Source of the DNA: Chiloscyllium plagiosum
Lineage: Eukaryota
Length of the DNA stretch: 61,836 nucleotides
Direction of reading: 5' to 3'
Assembly (NCBI RefSeq): GCF_004010195.1
Contig: NC_057711.1
Coordinates: forward strand, 78,165,371 to 78,227,206
Under the pieces are notes generated by a model. That model was not told the origin of the DNA. It searched no databases and worked only from the letters and a program-made list of their open reading frames with translations. Every line of letters begins with the position of its first letter. Position 1 is the stretch's first letter. Position numbers and translations under genes: made by a program. Shown here one piece after another: positions 39,380 through 52,129 of the stretch.

Positions 39380-40710
39380 TCAGTCAGGTCAGCTGTGGTG
39401 CAATAAGCCACTCTCAACGATGGACTTTGAAAGCATCCACCCTGGGGGAATTCTATGGCTTTGCCACACTAACTACTTCCAAAGTGGTGTTAAACATGGG
39501 GGAGTACTGATTCATCAGCAGGACGGTGGAGGGGGATAGCTAGTAGTATGTGGTGCTAAGCAGTGGTCGTCTTTGCTCATGATTGACTGGATGCCATGAG
39601 ACAGCCTGAAGTCTGGAGCCAATGTTGAGGGTGTTCCCTCCTGACTATACATTATTGTTCCACTAACTTTGGTGGCTGCATTCTGCTGGTGGAATAAGGC
39701 ATACCCCAGTGATGATGGTGGTGGGGTCTGGGACATAGTCATTGTCTCAGAATCATACAGACAAACAATGCTGTGCCATTAGTCAACCATTTGGGGAAAG
39801 TAACCAACTGTTAAGTGACAAGCATTTCACTGAGCTGGCAAGGCTTTTCCTTCCTGTCATCATTATCAATGCCTAGGTCAATACTGTGTTGTCCATCTGT
39901 TTTCATTCCTTTTCTTACATTTTGTAATAGCTTGATATATTGGAGTGGCTTGTTACGCTATGTCACAAGGCACTGAAGGACAACGTTCATTGCCACAGGT
40001 CTGGAATCACATGCAGGCCAGAATGAGGAGGAAAGACGAAGTAATGTCTTTAAAGTAACCTGTTGCCCTAAATGGCATCCATGAACTAGATGGGTGTTTA
40101 CACTCCTGGACAATGGTTTCAGGCAGTAGGCATTATCGATTTACTGATGTTTTACTCCAGTGTTACGTCGATCCCGGATAACAATGCCAGTGATTTTTTT
40201 AAAATCCTTTCATTCATTGGATGTGGACATCACTGGCCAGATTTTATTAGCTGGACAAGATAGTGGGGAGTTGTCTTCCTGACAGACCGCTATTCTTGAG
40301 TGTCAATATACTCAGAGCTGTTAGAAAGTGAATTCCAGGATATTGATCAAGCGACATATGGAACATTTGTCCAAGTCAGGACGGTGTTATGGCTTGGACA
40401 ATTTTCAGGTGATGGCTTTCTCATTTACCTATTGCCCTTTTGGCAGAGGTCAAAGGTTTATAAAGGCGCTGTGCAAGGAGCATGGGTGAGTTGATGCAGT
40501 GCATTTTACAGATGGTACATATGGGTGTCACCGGGTCAATAGTGAAGGGCGTGTACAATCAAGTTGGCTGATTTACCTTGAATGGTGTCATGTCATGAAT
40601 ATTTTAAGAGCTGTGGTTGTTCAGACAAGCAAAGGATTCCATCGCAATCCTGACATATGCCTTGCAAATGGCAGAAAGGCAACAGGAAGGAAAAAGGTGA
40701 GTTAATTGCC
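39380..40710 (-). mobile_element. Degraded LINE fragments (endonuclease region ~39380-39960; 3' region ~40200-40710)
   Basis: Minus-strand TTSYPPP motif with an APE-like context. The 3' part is the reverse complement of the 21300/34545 family. Confidence 0.55.
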
Positions 40711-42139
40711 ACAAACAGCTACAATAATGACCAGAGCATAGGGAGAAGAAACAAAATATTTGGTTATCAGTAAAAAGAGATGCAAATAAGCAGAGCACCA
40801 TTAAAATACATTTTATTCCAGTTAACCTTTACTGCAAACGATATAACCGTACTGAATCACTGAGCCTTTGAATGAACAGAAACAGCCATCAGAAAGTGTT
40901 CCTAAACAAGCTACTTTAAACATGCTCTGATGATTTAACTTGAACCAGTTAGATATTGTAAAGTTGCAGCTCATCAAATTATGGATAATGCCAACCTGTT
41001 GGCTACATTTTCTAACAGAGATGATATCAATGTGCATTTTCAATTGTAAACAGAGCATGCATTTTATTTGGTTGCTTTGCATGTTTTATATCGGGAAATA
41101 GAATGGCTGCACTGAATCAACTGACAGTGGGGTTAAACATCTACAGAGAACGTGACAACTTACATTCAACATTTTTCCTAGTGAATGCAGAATTTCAACA
41201 TAACAAGCAGATTTCCTATACAACCTATTAATGAAACTAGAGAAAGCTCAGTTTAGCATTGATCTGACAAAATATAAAGAGGGAATTGCTCAGGTAAGTG
41301 TAAAACATTTAGGCAGGCAGCTGCCTACAAAAGTCAGCCAGAGTAAATACTCAGAGCACGACCAAGATGTGGATAATTGCATAATCTTTGGTGGATCCTC
41401 TGATGGCTGCAGAAACAATTGCAGAATTAGAATGAACAAAACTGGCAGTTCACACTGTTGGTGGAAGCTCTACATTTCTGGCCTTTATGTTCAGCATGTA
41501 GAAGCTCCATTCTAAAATTGAATTTCAATGCTGGTCTCCACATGCTCCAGTTAGCTATTCTGTTTTCTCAAAAGAGGCTGTCTAGAATGCAGACATTTCT
41601 AAGACTCTTGTATCAACCATGTTGATGTTGTTTGCCTTGATATAAAAGACAAAGTCACCACAGTCCCAGCAGACCATAAAGCAAGCAAGAACAAAAGCAA
41701 ACACGAGTGAGAGTGTGAGTGGAATTAACCTGTGGGTTATTGCGATTGCCCCATTGAACACCCATTGGGGATTCTGCAGGAGACACGCATTACCCAATTA
41801 ATCTGAATTTTGTAGATGATAAAGAAACTCACTGTTTAACAATTTGTTTTGATATCCAATTCCCATGGTGGACCTGAAGGCCCCTTGTGAAATTGTTTTA
41901 TAGCTTTAATTGGATTTCTATAACTCCTTACAGCAAGATGGCAAGGACAATGTCTGATAAAGTTTAGTTTCCAAATCAATACCAAACTGCTTCAGATACA
42001 ATAATGGAGCTAGCCAGAAGCAGAAAACAACTTTCTGGATGCTTGCACAGATGCCTTCATCAATAGTGGCATCTGTTATAAGCATACTATCAAAAGTGCT
42101 CATTTTCACACAGCCTCAAGATGGTGCTATCAATAATTA

Positions 42140-42295
42140 CATAGAATCAGAGTCAGACTATGGAAACAGATCCTTCAGTACAACTCATCCATGCCAATCA
42201 CACTTCCTAATCTAAACTACTCCCATTTGCCTGCGTTTGGCCCATTTCCCTCAAAATCTCTCTTATTCATGTATCTGTTCAAATGTCTTTTAAAT
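42140..42295 (-). mobile_element. CR1 3' terminal fragment
   Basis: catagaatc..ggaaacagatccttc..tcccatttgcctgcgtttggccc; similar to the 3' end at 58090. Confidence 0.7.
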
Positions 42296-43810
42296 CTGCA
42301 TCCATCTGACACTTCTCCACATGTGGTTGGTGCTGGGTGGAACAATCTCAGTCTTGGAAATGCTGATATTTTGAGATGAAAATTTGGCAATACAAGAATG
42401 CACCCATGGTCTGAATGTCCTCCTTGAAGCAGACAGCTAGTGTAGCTTCATGTACATACAGACACACACAAATTACCTCCTCTTTCTGCATAGACAGATT
42501 GAAGTACTTAAGTTCAAGTAATGTAACACTGATTATTATCCTGTTTGAGAGGTTAGCAATGGCTCTACCAAAAGGACATTTCTTGCTTCAGTCAATGACA
42601 AATAGAAACTATAATGCATAGTTTGTGATGGAAGTTAGTGGCCTCCATTTCACTAAATTGTTCCACCTTTATTGTGGGACACCTCTGTATGAAAATTAAA
42701 GCAAATATTTACATCTTCAATCACTAAAGATCACAAATAAATTTATTTGAAATCACAAAATTTCTGCACAATTTTTAATATGAAATAATAGCCAGTTAGT
42801 TGATTCAACCAATTTATACACTGCTTCACAACAACCCTCCATATATGTGATTTTTGGTTTTTATACATTGGGATTGCATGTGACTACTGAGTATTAAATT
42901 GCAGTTGTATGGTTGCAAAAGGAACATATCAAGAATCAATCTCTGTAAAAATCACTAGAACAGTGTAGATTACAAAAATTGTTCCATTATTGTAGAATGA
43001 AGATGACATAGTTGCTTGATCTGGTCATTACAGTCAGAATATTTTAAGTAAATTTGCTTAAAAACTTTACATGTTATGCTGCTTTATCAAGCAGGAGGCA
43101 CTACAGATAAATTTTAATGAGGTTGAATGGAGAAGATTACCACACAGTTTCTAGTAGGTTAATGCCATTAACAGTACATTGAATATAAATGAGGGGGCTT
43201 ATATCTTAGTACACTACATGCCAACCATTTCCATCATTCTTTTGATGAACTGCAAGATATATAAATAAGAGATGAGATTAAGTACTATTATGGACATATC
43301 TCAAAGATGCAAACACAAGTAACACTCAAAGTCCAAGAATGTTCAAGAAAATTTAGTGTGACAAAAACATTTGATATATGTTGAAACATTCTAAACAATA
43401 TTGCCTTTATTCTCAATGTTACTTAACTCAAACACCATTAAACTCTTTACATTTATAGCAATTGTTAACATAAGTGCATGATAGAGAAAACTTACACTCC
43501 ACATCATTAGCAACCTGACTATAAAAAAGGCAAAGCATCTCTTGCAAAGTTAGACAGCACAAACAAATTCAAGATTATTTTATACCAAGACCTGTAAAAA
43601 TCTTGAGTGCATCTTAGAGTAATTTCCATAGTGCAGTAACTTTAATGTGTACAATAAACGGAATAGAGATAGCATGGCAATTTCCTCAGCACCATGAAAT
43701 AGGATTGCAGAGCTATTTCTATTCACAGACCATTAAGTAGCGAATCAAAACGAAAATAATTACCTGTAAATGAACATCACCCCATTCAAATCCTCCAAAC
43801 TTCTTTGTCA

Positions 43811-44055
43811 ATTAAACAGCGCAAGAATGATGGAGAACATATTAAACAGCACACGAGCAATGGAGACAGAATGCATTAAAAAGCCTGATAAATATAGACA
43901 GAGAGACTGCGTTAAACAGCACGAGAGCAATGGAGAGACGATACACTAAACAATATGAGAGCGATGGAGAGAATGTGCATGCAGTCAACCCGGCAGGGGG
44001 GGGGGGGGAGGAGGAGAAGAGGGGGAATTAAACATTGAGAGATCAATGGAGAGGC
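43811..44055. repeat. Degenerate minisatellite, about six units of attaaacagc..gagcaatggagag
   Basis: Recurring taaaca...atggaga units ~30-35 bp apart, interrupted by a G13 run. Confidence 0.6.
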
Positions 44056-44206
44056 CTGATTAGAATGAGCAGCAACCATCTGTCTGTGACCAATCATTTT
44101 GGGAAATAAATTAAAAATTGAGTCTAAAAGGGACAAGTCAAGTTATTTTGGACACTGATTGCTTCAGTTTTTGAAGAGTTGCAAATGGTGCTGAATATTA
44201 ATTGAA

Positions 44207-44298
44207 TCATAGAATCACTACAGTGTGGAAGCAATCAATTCCATACCGAACCTCCAAAGAGCATCACAGTCAGACCCACCCCCTTGCCCTATCTCTGT
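44207..44298 (-). mobile_element. SINE 3' tail fragment
   Basis: catagaatcactacagtgtggaagc..cagacccacc matches the tails of the SINEs at 4255 and 5951. Confidence 0.6.
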
Positions 44299-44580
44299 TT
44301 TGTGTAATGAACATCCACACTTCTGATCTAGTGATGGAAGGAAGGTCACTGATGAAGTAGCTGACCATGTCTGGACCAAGGATGCTGATTAGCAAGTGAG
44401 TACCTCACTTATGATTTTACAATCATTAATAAATTACCTCTGACTTGAAACATATTATTCACAGTGAAACTTCTAGCCATAGTATAACTTGTTGCCAACA
44501 CAATCACTTCTTTTTTTGGGTTTTGATCTACGATTAAGTTGAGAAGTGAACTTTGAAGAGCAGCTTGCTTTAATGTTTGC

Positions 44581-45561
44581 TGTTGGGACTAGTGTGGAAA
44601 AAATAATGCAGGTTAATCACTATTCAAACGTCACTGCAGACAATTCAGCACTGTGATGTTGCAATGCTGATGGACTTGGCAGTTGGTTGGATATTGAATT
44701 GGTCAATCAAGGGAGGTCCAATGCTGCTTAGCCACCCACAGAATATTGAAGAAAGAAAGAAAACGAAGTGACCTGATTTTGACAGTCTTTGCTTTGGAAG
44801 CTGCTAGACTGGGCTAGGTTTTTGGTTTTACTCTATTAATTTGTCACTCATTCTCTTGTTAAAAATTTTAAGAAAAGAGTCTGCAAGAAATAGGTAAAAG
44901 TCACTACAGGTCTGTGGAAGAAGTTTGCATTGATTGGATTTCTAAATTCAAGCAAGACTCCTATAGAACATATCGGCGCAGTACAGGCCCTTCAGCCCTC
45001 AATGTTGCACTGACCTGTGAAACCAATCTGAAGCTCATCTAACCTGCACTATTTCATTCTCATCCATATGTTTATCCAATGACTATTTAAATGCCCTTAA
45101 AGTTGGAGAGTCTACTACTGTTGCAGGCGCTTTATTCAACGCCCCTACTACTGAGTAAAGAGTTATAGGAGTACTCCTAGTCCTGTAACTTTAGTACAAC
45201 GTTTGACTAAGGATTTCAAGGCAGCCTGGTATTCAATTATTGAACTGGCAAATTACAATTTTCTTTGTTATCCCTTAATTGTCTATCATGAGAGAGTAGG
45301 GCGGCTGTGATCAAAGAAGATTGAGTTTAGATTTTAAATATTAATTTCATTACCTTGCTGGTCATGTGTACGGTGAAAGTTACATTCTTAATAATAAATT
45401 ATTAATTTTTGTTTAAGCTATAAACTTGGTGTTCAAGCTTTGTTATGTAACATTTGATTAGGAACTAAGCAAGTTTGAGTGGCATTAAATGTTTCAGCTC
45501 ACTGTACTGCAAATCCAGTGATAATTAGGCTGCTTTGGATTGCTATCCCTGAGTCACAACA
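44581..45561 (+). mobile_element. Possible solo LTR containing a CR1 3' fragment (~44965-45155, minus strand)
   Basis: Ends tgttgggact and agtcacaaca (9/10 inverted match, TG..CA), with AATAAA at ~45393. No clear TSD. Confidence 0.4.
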
Positions 45562-48479
45562 ATATTTAATTCTAAATTAAACAAACATAATAAATTAATC
45601 AACCCATGAAGAATAACACAACAGACAATATACTGCGCCAGTAGGATTTGGAGTGTTCTGGATGCCATATGGTCAAAGAAAAACATTCCTGCAGTAAGCC
45701 AGCTAGCTCAAGAATCTTTGGCTTCAAGTGAGCGAGAGACTAAGCCACAAACACAGACAGAGAGAAAGGAAATGTTTCCCGGGCACTTTGCTCCAGGAAG
45801 TGAACACCTATGTTAGAATAGGGTCTCCTGAATTGGTCAGTGAGCACGGAAAAGAGAGAGAAAAAGAGGTTCCATGATACTAGTGACATAGAAAGAAGTG
45901 AGTGGTGATTCTAATAAGAGTATAAGCAGGCAAGAATGAAAGTAAAGGGCAGAATCAAGGGAAATTATCTCTGCATTAACTGAACCACAAATAAATTGGT
46001 ATAGGGTAAAATAAAAATTGAGGGGTGAACACAAGGCTCAAAGATTGGTGTGGGAGAAGTAGGCTTCAATTCCTTTAATTCCAGACATTTGGACTCTACA
46101 AATCACTTCTGTTGAAAACAAAGGGAAACAATGCTTTCAAGTCACAGAGCAAAGTCAAATCAGGTTGATCCAACATTTCAGAAGGGTCAGAAGAACTCCA
46201 GTGGGAAAAGCAATAAACTAAAAAAAGAGGACCTAAATGGCTTCCCACATACGTATGGCACCATTAATATTTAGCCTGAACAAATCACATGGTATGTGCA
46301 TCAAACCCTACAATAATTAATCCTTCCATACTACCATGTGATAACAAATGAAATATTTACTCGTTCAAAAGCAAAAGTCTATTTGCTCTGTCAACTAAAC
46401 TTGAAAACTGATATCAGAAGTTTTTAACCAATGATGCAGATATAGATTTGACTGCATTTGTATTTCTGAAACACAATTCGCTGCTAGACATCATCCTCTT
46501 CAGCAGGTAAGGGTATTAAGAATGCAACGATCATCACTGGATTTGGACAGGGATCTGGCACATAATCAAATGGCTAGGTTAAGTACTCAAACAAATATGC
46601 CACAGCGCATTCACAGCTGTTGTGAAAATAGATTAGTAATAATTTGAGCATGTAGTCAATCCAAACATATTCCAATTACAACAGGATGGATGACAACTAC
46701 ACAGCACGCACAGATTTCACGTTTAATGAAATTGTGACACATTTCAGAGACATGGGCATCACTACCCCATCTGACCCTTCCCCAAACTCCCTCCCTAAAA
46801 GAGCACTCAACAGAGGCAGTTGGGGTGGTGCACATGTGTCTCAGTGTCTGTGTCGGGGAGGAGGGGGAAGCAAGCAAAAAAGCAAGAGGATCTGCAAATG
46901 CAAAACCTGGCCAGGGAAACTGAAGGAATGGGTGAGACCATGCTAAAATAATGCCAATCAACTCTCACTCGCTTAGTTCCGCCTCACTGCCGAATGGTGC
47001 TAAAGTGAAAGCCCAGATACAAAAAGTGCACAACACACCAGTGCTATTATAATTAAAAACAAAAAGGTCACAGCAATTTAAAGCAGATTTACTGCATGCA
47101 AGTTTTTTCTGGTCCAATGCTTTGGTCATCTATTCAAATGCAATAGCGTAAAGAAATACTTGAAGGCATTTTCAAAGATATTCACTCAAAGAAATTCCTC
47201 CATTCGCAGCCAATAAACAGGCAAAAAAATCTGGAATCTACTTTTTACAGTTTTAAAACCAATATGTAGTTCTCAAAACTAGATCTTAACTTAACCAGAG
47301 TATCTTATTTTGGTGTAATCATACGCAACATTTATGGGCTAACCCTGACATTTTAGGGGTTGATATTTTTCATTCATTTGCTTTAACTTCTGGATCTTGT
47401 AAAGTCTTTTAAAAATAGGGCATGTTGAGAAATTGTGCAATGTGCTCAATAGCTACCCATTACTTTTTATCTCTAATCTAGTTTACCTCAGAAATGAGAG
47501 CAACACAGCAAATGACAGTAAAGCTGCTGTCATACTGAATATTTTTTGAATGATTGGTGGTAAAGTAATTAACACTTTGACTGTTACCAGTCTGTCGAAT
47601 TCCGAGGAGCTTCACCATTCATTGGCATGGTTTTGAGGTATCTGACATGCCCTTCCAAATCCTTTTTATGCACACAAAACCACCACAATCCAACGCACAC
47701 AAATACATTCCTTTGACATACAAAAACACAAGAAAAATATGCCATTTAAACTATTATGATGCTTCTTTCCAGGCACCCCACACAATCTAGTGATCACATG
47801 TTTAACTCATGTCCTTAAGCAAGGTTCTCCAAAAACTGTGGGCATCTAGAAAAAAACATTACAATACACTGCATTCTTTGTAGTACATCCCAGTCTTCTG
47901 AGGTATGAAAACACCGCGGTCCCAGAATGTCAGAAACTACACTCTACAATTTAACTTTTGCTGTCTGCTGTCAATTGGGAAACTTAAAGCCAATTTTTTG
48001 TAGGAGCACTGAGGGATAAACACAGGAATGGTAGTTTTCACACCAAGCAAGTTTATGTTGGCAAGATTGGATATGCAAATATTTACTTTGGTATGTTGTC
48101 ACAAAAATAAAATCCAAGAATTCTGTAAAAAATAAATGGATCAAAGGAGATTATTTTACAACGCAATTAATGTTATAAATCTCAATTTGGTTCCAAATGT
48201 TTATTCAGATTGAGAAAAAAGTTCAAATCAAAATAATGTGAACTGTTTCATTGAGATCTTAATACATCCATTCTTAGATTGTGGGTCAGAGTTTTATTGA
48301 ACGTGGCAATGGAGGGGGGTCTGGGGACGGGTGTGCATTGAGGAGACAGGAAGACTCTTGGAAAATACCTCAAGGCTCTAAACATAATGGTTTTCATTTC
48401 TGTACACACAGCCAATTAACATAGTTATGCTTCTTGCACATACACTGCCCATTACCCTCGGTATTTGTAAAAACAAATG

Positions 48480-49370
48480 GATAGTTGCTCAATCAGGACA
48501 GGCAGCGACAATCACTGTCTTCATAATCTCAAGCCTCTTGGAACATGGCTACAAATCCCAGCATGACAAATGGTGAAATATGAATTCCATAAACACAAAA
48601 ATTGAGAATTTACAAAGCTATTCTAATGATGGCCATGTAACCATTGATGATGGTTTTAAAAAATACCCATGTCCAAGGGTAGGTTAGGTGGTTTGGCCAT
48701 GTTAAAATTGCCCCATAGTATGCATAGATGTATAAACTAACTGGTTGAAGCATGGTAAATGTGGGGTTACTGGAATACAGTAAATCTAGACCGGTAGCTC
48801 TTTGAAGGGTCAGTGCAGATTTGATGGGCTGAATGGCCTCTTCCGTAGAATAGAATTCCTACAATGAGGAAGGCGGCCTTTCGGCCCATTGAACCCAAAC
48901 TGACCCTCTAAAGAGCATGCCGTCCATACGCACCCAGTTACCCTACTTGTGTTTCCCTGCATTTCCTATGGCTAACCACCTAGTCTGCACATCTCTGGAC
49001 ACTATGGGCAATTTAGCATGACCTAATCCACCTAACCTTTGGGCTGTGGAGCACCCAGAGGAAACCATGCAGATTTAGAGAGAATGTGAAACTTCACACA
49101 GAATCGCTTAAGGCTGGAAATGAACCTGGGTCGCTAGCGCTGTGAGGCAATAGTGCTAACCACTGAGCCTCTATCTGCACTGAAGGGATTCTATGATTCA
49201 CTAATGTCCTTTCGCAAATGGTGCCATTCCTACCTGGCCTGGCTACACATGACTCCAGACCATCAAAATTGTGGTTAACATTTAAATACTCACTGAAATA
49301 GCCTAAAGAGCCACTCTGTTCGAAGGCAATGGACAGCCTTGCTAGTAATGCCCAAACTCCACATGATAAA
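48480..49370. mobile_element. Nested repeats: old repeat > plus-strand SINE 3' part (~48670-49198) > minus-strand SINE (48847-49169)
   Basis: Inner SINE has head, V-domain and tail. The outer SINE tail gggctgaatggcctcttcc|..ctgcactgaagggattctatgattc is split around it. Confidence 0.7.
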
Positions 49371-49514
49371 ATAAAAAGAGTCAGCCTTCTTCCATGGAAG
49401 AAACGATCAGGTTTTGATGCACATTTGCCTCCAACAGGGCCTTTTACCTTGATTTAATGTTATATCTCCTATAACGTGTCAAACTGGGTGTGGATAACTA
49501 TGATATTGAAGAAG

Positions 49515-49641
49515 GAGAAAGTGAGGTCTGCAGATGCTGGAGATCAGAGCTGAAAATGTGTTGCTGGAAAAGCGCAGGTCAGGCAGCATCCAGGGAACAG
49601 GAGAATCGACGTTTGGGGCTTTTCCAGCAACACATTTTCAG
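49515..49641. mobile_element. Short inverted PLE pLTR insertion with 17-bp TSD
   Basis: ctatgatattgaagaag at 49498-49514 and 49642-49658; internal 25-bp inverted repeat gctgaaaatgtgttgctggaaaagc. Confidence 0.88.
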
Positions 49642-50080
49642 CTATGATATTGAAGAAGCCAACCGAAGGTCACTCCATTACATAGAAACATGACATTGCG
49701 CAGGTAAACAACTGTCTGGGCTATTATTAGGCTGTTACAACAGATCAGCATGCTTCTAGTAAGTCTAATTCTTCAAATGATGCACAATAAGATGGATAAA
49801 AGGAGACCATTAGACCCTCAGTTCACATGCTTTGGTAGTGATGGTATGACAAGTACATCTATTCCGGGTGTACTAATATATTGAAAACAACATAGAGGTT
49901 CAAAGAAAGAAGCAACTCACGAATGATTCGCCTTGGAACACAATTCAACACATTCATGCTTTCTCTCCCCCAGAGTCAGTGTCCAAAACTGCATGCATTA
50001 ACCTAAATGGAGCTTCCCTAACACTCTACACAGATTAATATAACAATCATGAATCTCCTCAGCAGTATAGGTGAGCCATT

Positions 50081-50403
50081 CGGTACGATGGTTCAGTGGT
50101 GAGCACTGCTGCCTCTCAGCACCAGAGACTTTGGTTCGATTCTAGCCTCGGGCGACTGTCTGTGTGGAGTTTGCACATTCTCCCCGTGCCTGCGTGGGTT
50201 TCCTCCCACAATCCAAAGATGTGCAGGTTAATTGAATTGGCCATGCTAAATTGTCCATAGTATCCAGGGATGTGTAGGTCATGTGCATTCGTCCAGGGTA
50301 AATATACAGTACGAGGGGAATGGGTCTGGGTGGGTTACTCTTCAGAGGGTCGGCATGGACTTGTTGGGCTGAAGGACCTGTTTCCACACTGTAGGGATTC
50401 TAT
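50081..50403 (+). mobile_element. tRNA-derived SINE (HE1/V-SINE type)
   Basis: tggttcagtggtgagcactgctgcc..ggttcgattc (A and B boxes), V-domain, and tail ctgtagggattcta. Confidence 0.88.
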
Positions 50404-50823
50404 TCAAAGTTTGTGAGAAGATTTGTAGCTCGGGTGCTCGTTGCTGTGGTTCTGTTCGCCGAGCTGGAAGTTTCTGTTGCAAACGTTTTGTCCCCTGTCT
50501 TGGTGACATCCTCAGTGCTTGGGAGCCTCCTGTGAAGCGCTTCTGTGGTGATTTCTCCGGCATTTATAGTGGCCTGTCCCTGCCGCTTCCGGTTGTCAGT
50601 TTCAGCTGTCCGCTGTAGTGGCCGGTATATTGGGTCCAGGTCAATGTGTTTGTTGATGGCGTTTGTGGATGAGTGCCATGCTTCTAGGAATTCCCTGGCT
50701 GTTCTTTGTTTGGTTTGCCCTATAATGGTAGTGTTGTCCCAGTCGAATTCATGTTGCTTGTCGTCTGCGTGTGTGGCTACTAGGGATAGCTGGTCGTGTC
50801 GTTTCGTGGCTAGTTGATGTGGC
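50404..50823 (-). mobile_element. Penelope-like element 3' fragment inserted in the SINE tail
   Basis: Minus strand encodes ATKRHDQLSLVATHADDKQHEFDWDNTTIIGQTKQRTAREFLEAWHS..INKHIDLDPIY. Duplication tagggattctat at 50392-50403 and 50824-50835. Confidence 0.88.
50479..50518 (-). ncRNA. Hammerhead motif with a mutated core G
   Basis: gca CTGAGGA t gtcacc aagaca ggggac AAA ACGT T tgc; GAAA has become AAAA. Confidence 0.6.
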
Positions 50824-51347
50824 TAGGGATTCTATGATTCAAACCTTATCTATTTATGTACTTCTCCAAATGTCTTTTAAATGGCTGCAACCATACTTGC
50901 ACCCACCACTTCCTCTGGCAGTTCATTCCACACGGGAACCACTAAGTAAAAACAGTTGCCTCTCATGCCCCTTTTAGATCTTTCTCCTCTTACCTTAAAA
51001 ATACCCCTCCTAGTTTTGAACACCCCCACCCTAGGGAAAAGACCCTTGGTATTCACCTTATCTATCTCCTTCATGAATTTATAAATCTCTAAGGTCACCA
51101 CTCAACCTCCTACTCTCCGGTGAAAAACGTCCCATCCTAAGTCAAACATTCCAATCCCGACAATATCCTGGTAAATCCTTTCTGAACCCTCTCCAGTTTA
51201 ATATTATCCTTCCTATAACAGGGTGACTAGAACTGGACACAGTAGGTACTCCAGGAGTACTCACCAACATCCTGTACCACCTCAATATGACATCCCAACT
51301 CCTGTACTCCAAGACCTGAGCAATGGAAGCAAGCATACTAAAACACT

Positions 51348-51477
51348 CATTCCTGAAGAAGGGCTAATGCCCGAAACGTCGATTCTCCTGTTCCCTAGAT
51401 GCTGCCTGACCTGCTGCGCTTTTCCAGCAACACATTTCCATCTCTGATCTCCAGCATCTGCCGACCTCACTTTCTCC
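51348..51477 (+). mobile_element. 130-bp hammerhead-bearing PLE pLTR mini-insertion with 12-bp TSD
   Basis: tactaaaacact at 51336-51347 and 51478-51489; nearly identical to the reverse complement of 61653-61782. Confidence 0.88.
51349..51383 (+). ncRNA. Intact minimal hammerhead ribozyme motif
   Basis: attc CTGAAGA a gggc taat gccc GAA ACGT C gat. Confidence 0.75.
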
Positions 51478-52129
51478 TACTAAAACACTAACAACCATCT
51501 ACTTGTGGCGCAAATTTCAAAGAATTATGTATCTGAACCATTAGGTCTCTGTTCTACAACATTATCAGAGCACTACCATTAAGCATATATGTCCTGCCCT
51601 TGCTTGTTCTATCAAAATGCAATACACTGCATTTAAGGCTCCTCAATTGAGGTCACATGGGTAGAACTTAGAAACAAAAAAGACCCACAGGAGAAAATCA
51701 GGAAAAGCTAGAAGGACAGAAATGTCAGCAAGTTTCAGAGATGCGTAAAAATAAAGTGTAATAATAGTTGGAGATTTCAACTTGCACTATCTTAATTGTG
51801 ACAGACAAATTGTGTTTAAGGCTTAAAGGGGGTGGAATTATTAAAATGCATCCAGGAGAGCTTGGTAACCCAGAACATAGAAAGTTCTAAAAGAGAGAGT
51901 AGTGCTGAAACTACGTTAAGAGAACACAACTGGGCAAGTGTCAATTTGGAGAACATTTTGAGAGTATGACTGCAGCTCAAAAATATTGGAAGATATCGTG
52001 AAACAGGATAAAGTTGAGCCAGAAATAAAGGTTTTCAATTGGGGAAAGGCCAATTTTAATATAATAATACAGGATTTGGCTAAAGTAGATTTGGAGCAGC
52101 TATTTGTTGGGAACCTACATCACACTTGG

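Larger units (their letters stand above)
50840..51632 (-). mobile_element. CR1 RT C-terminal fragment
   Basis: EIYKFMKEIDKV..LFPRVG..KTRRGIFKVRG..VPVWNELPEEVV; EYRSWDVIL. Confidence 0.85.

Noticed and set aside
46656..46961. Overlapping ORFs in unique sequence
   Set aside because: No recognisable domain or convincing splice pattern; not Gq exon 1.
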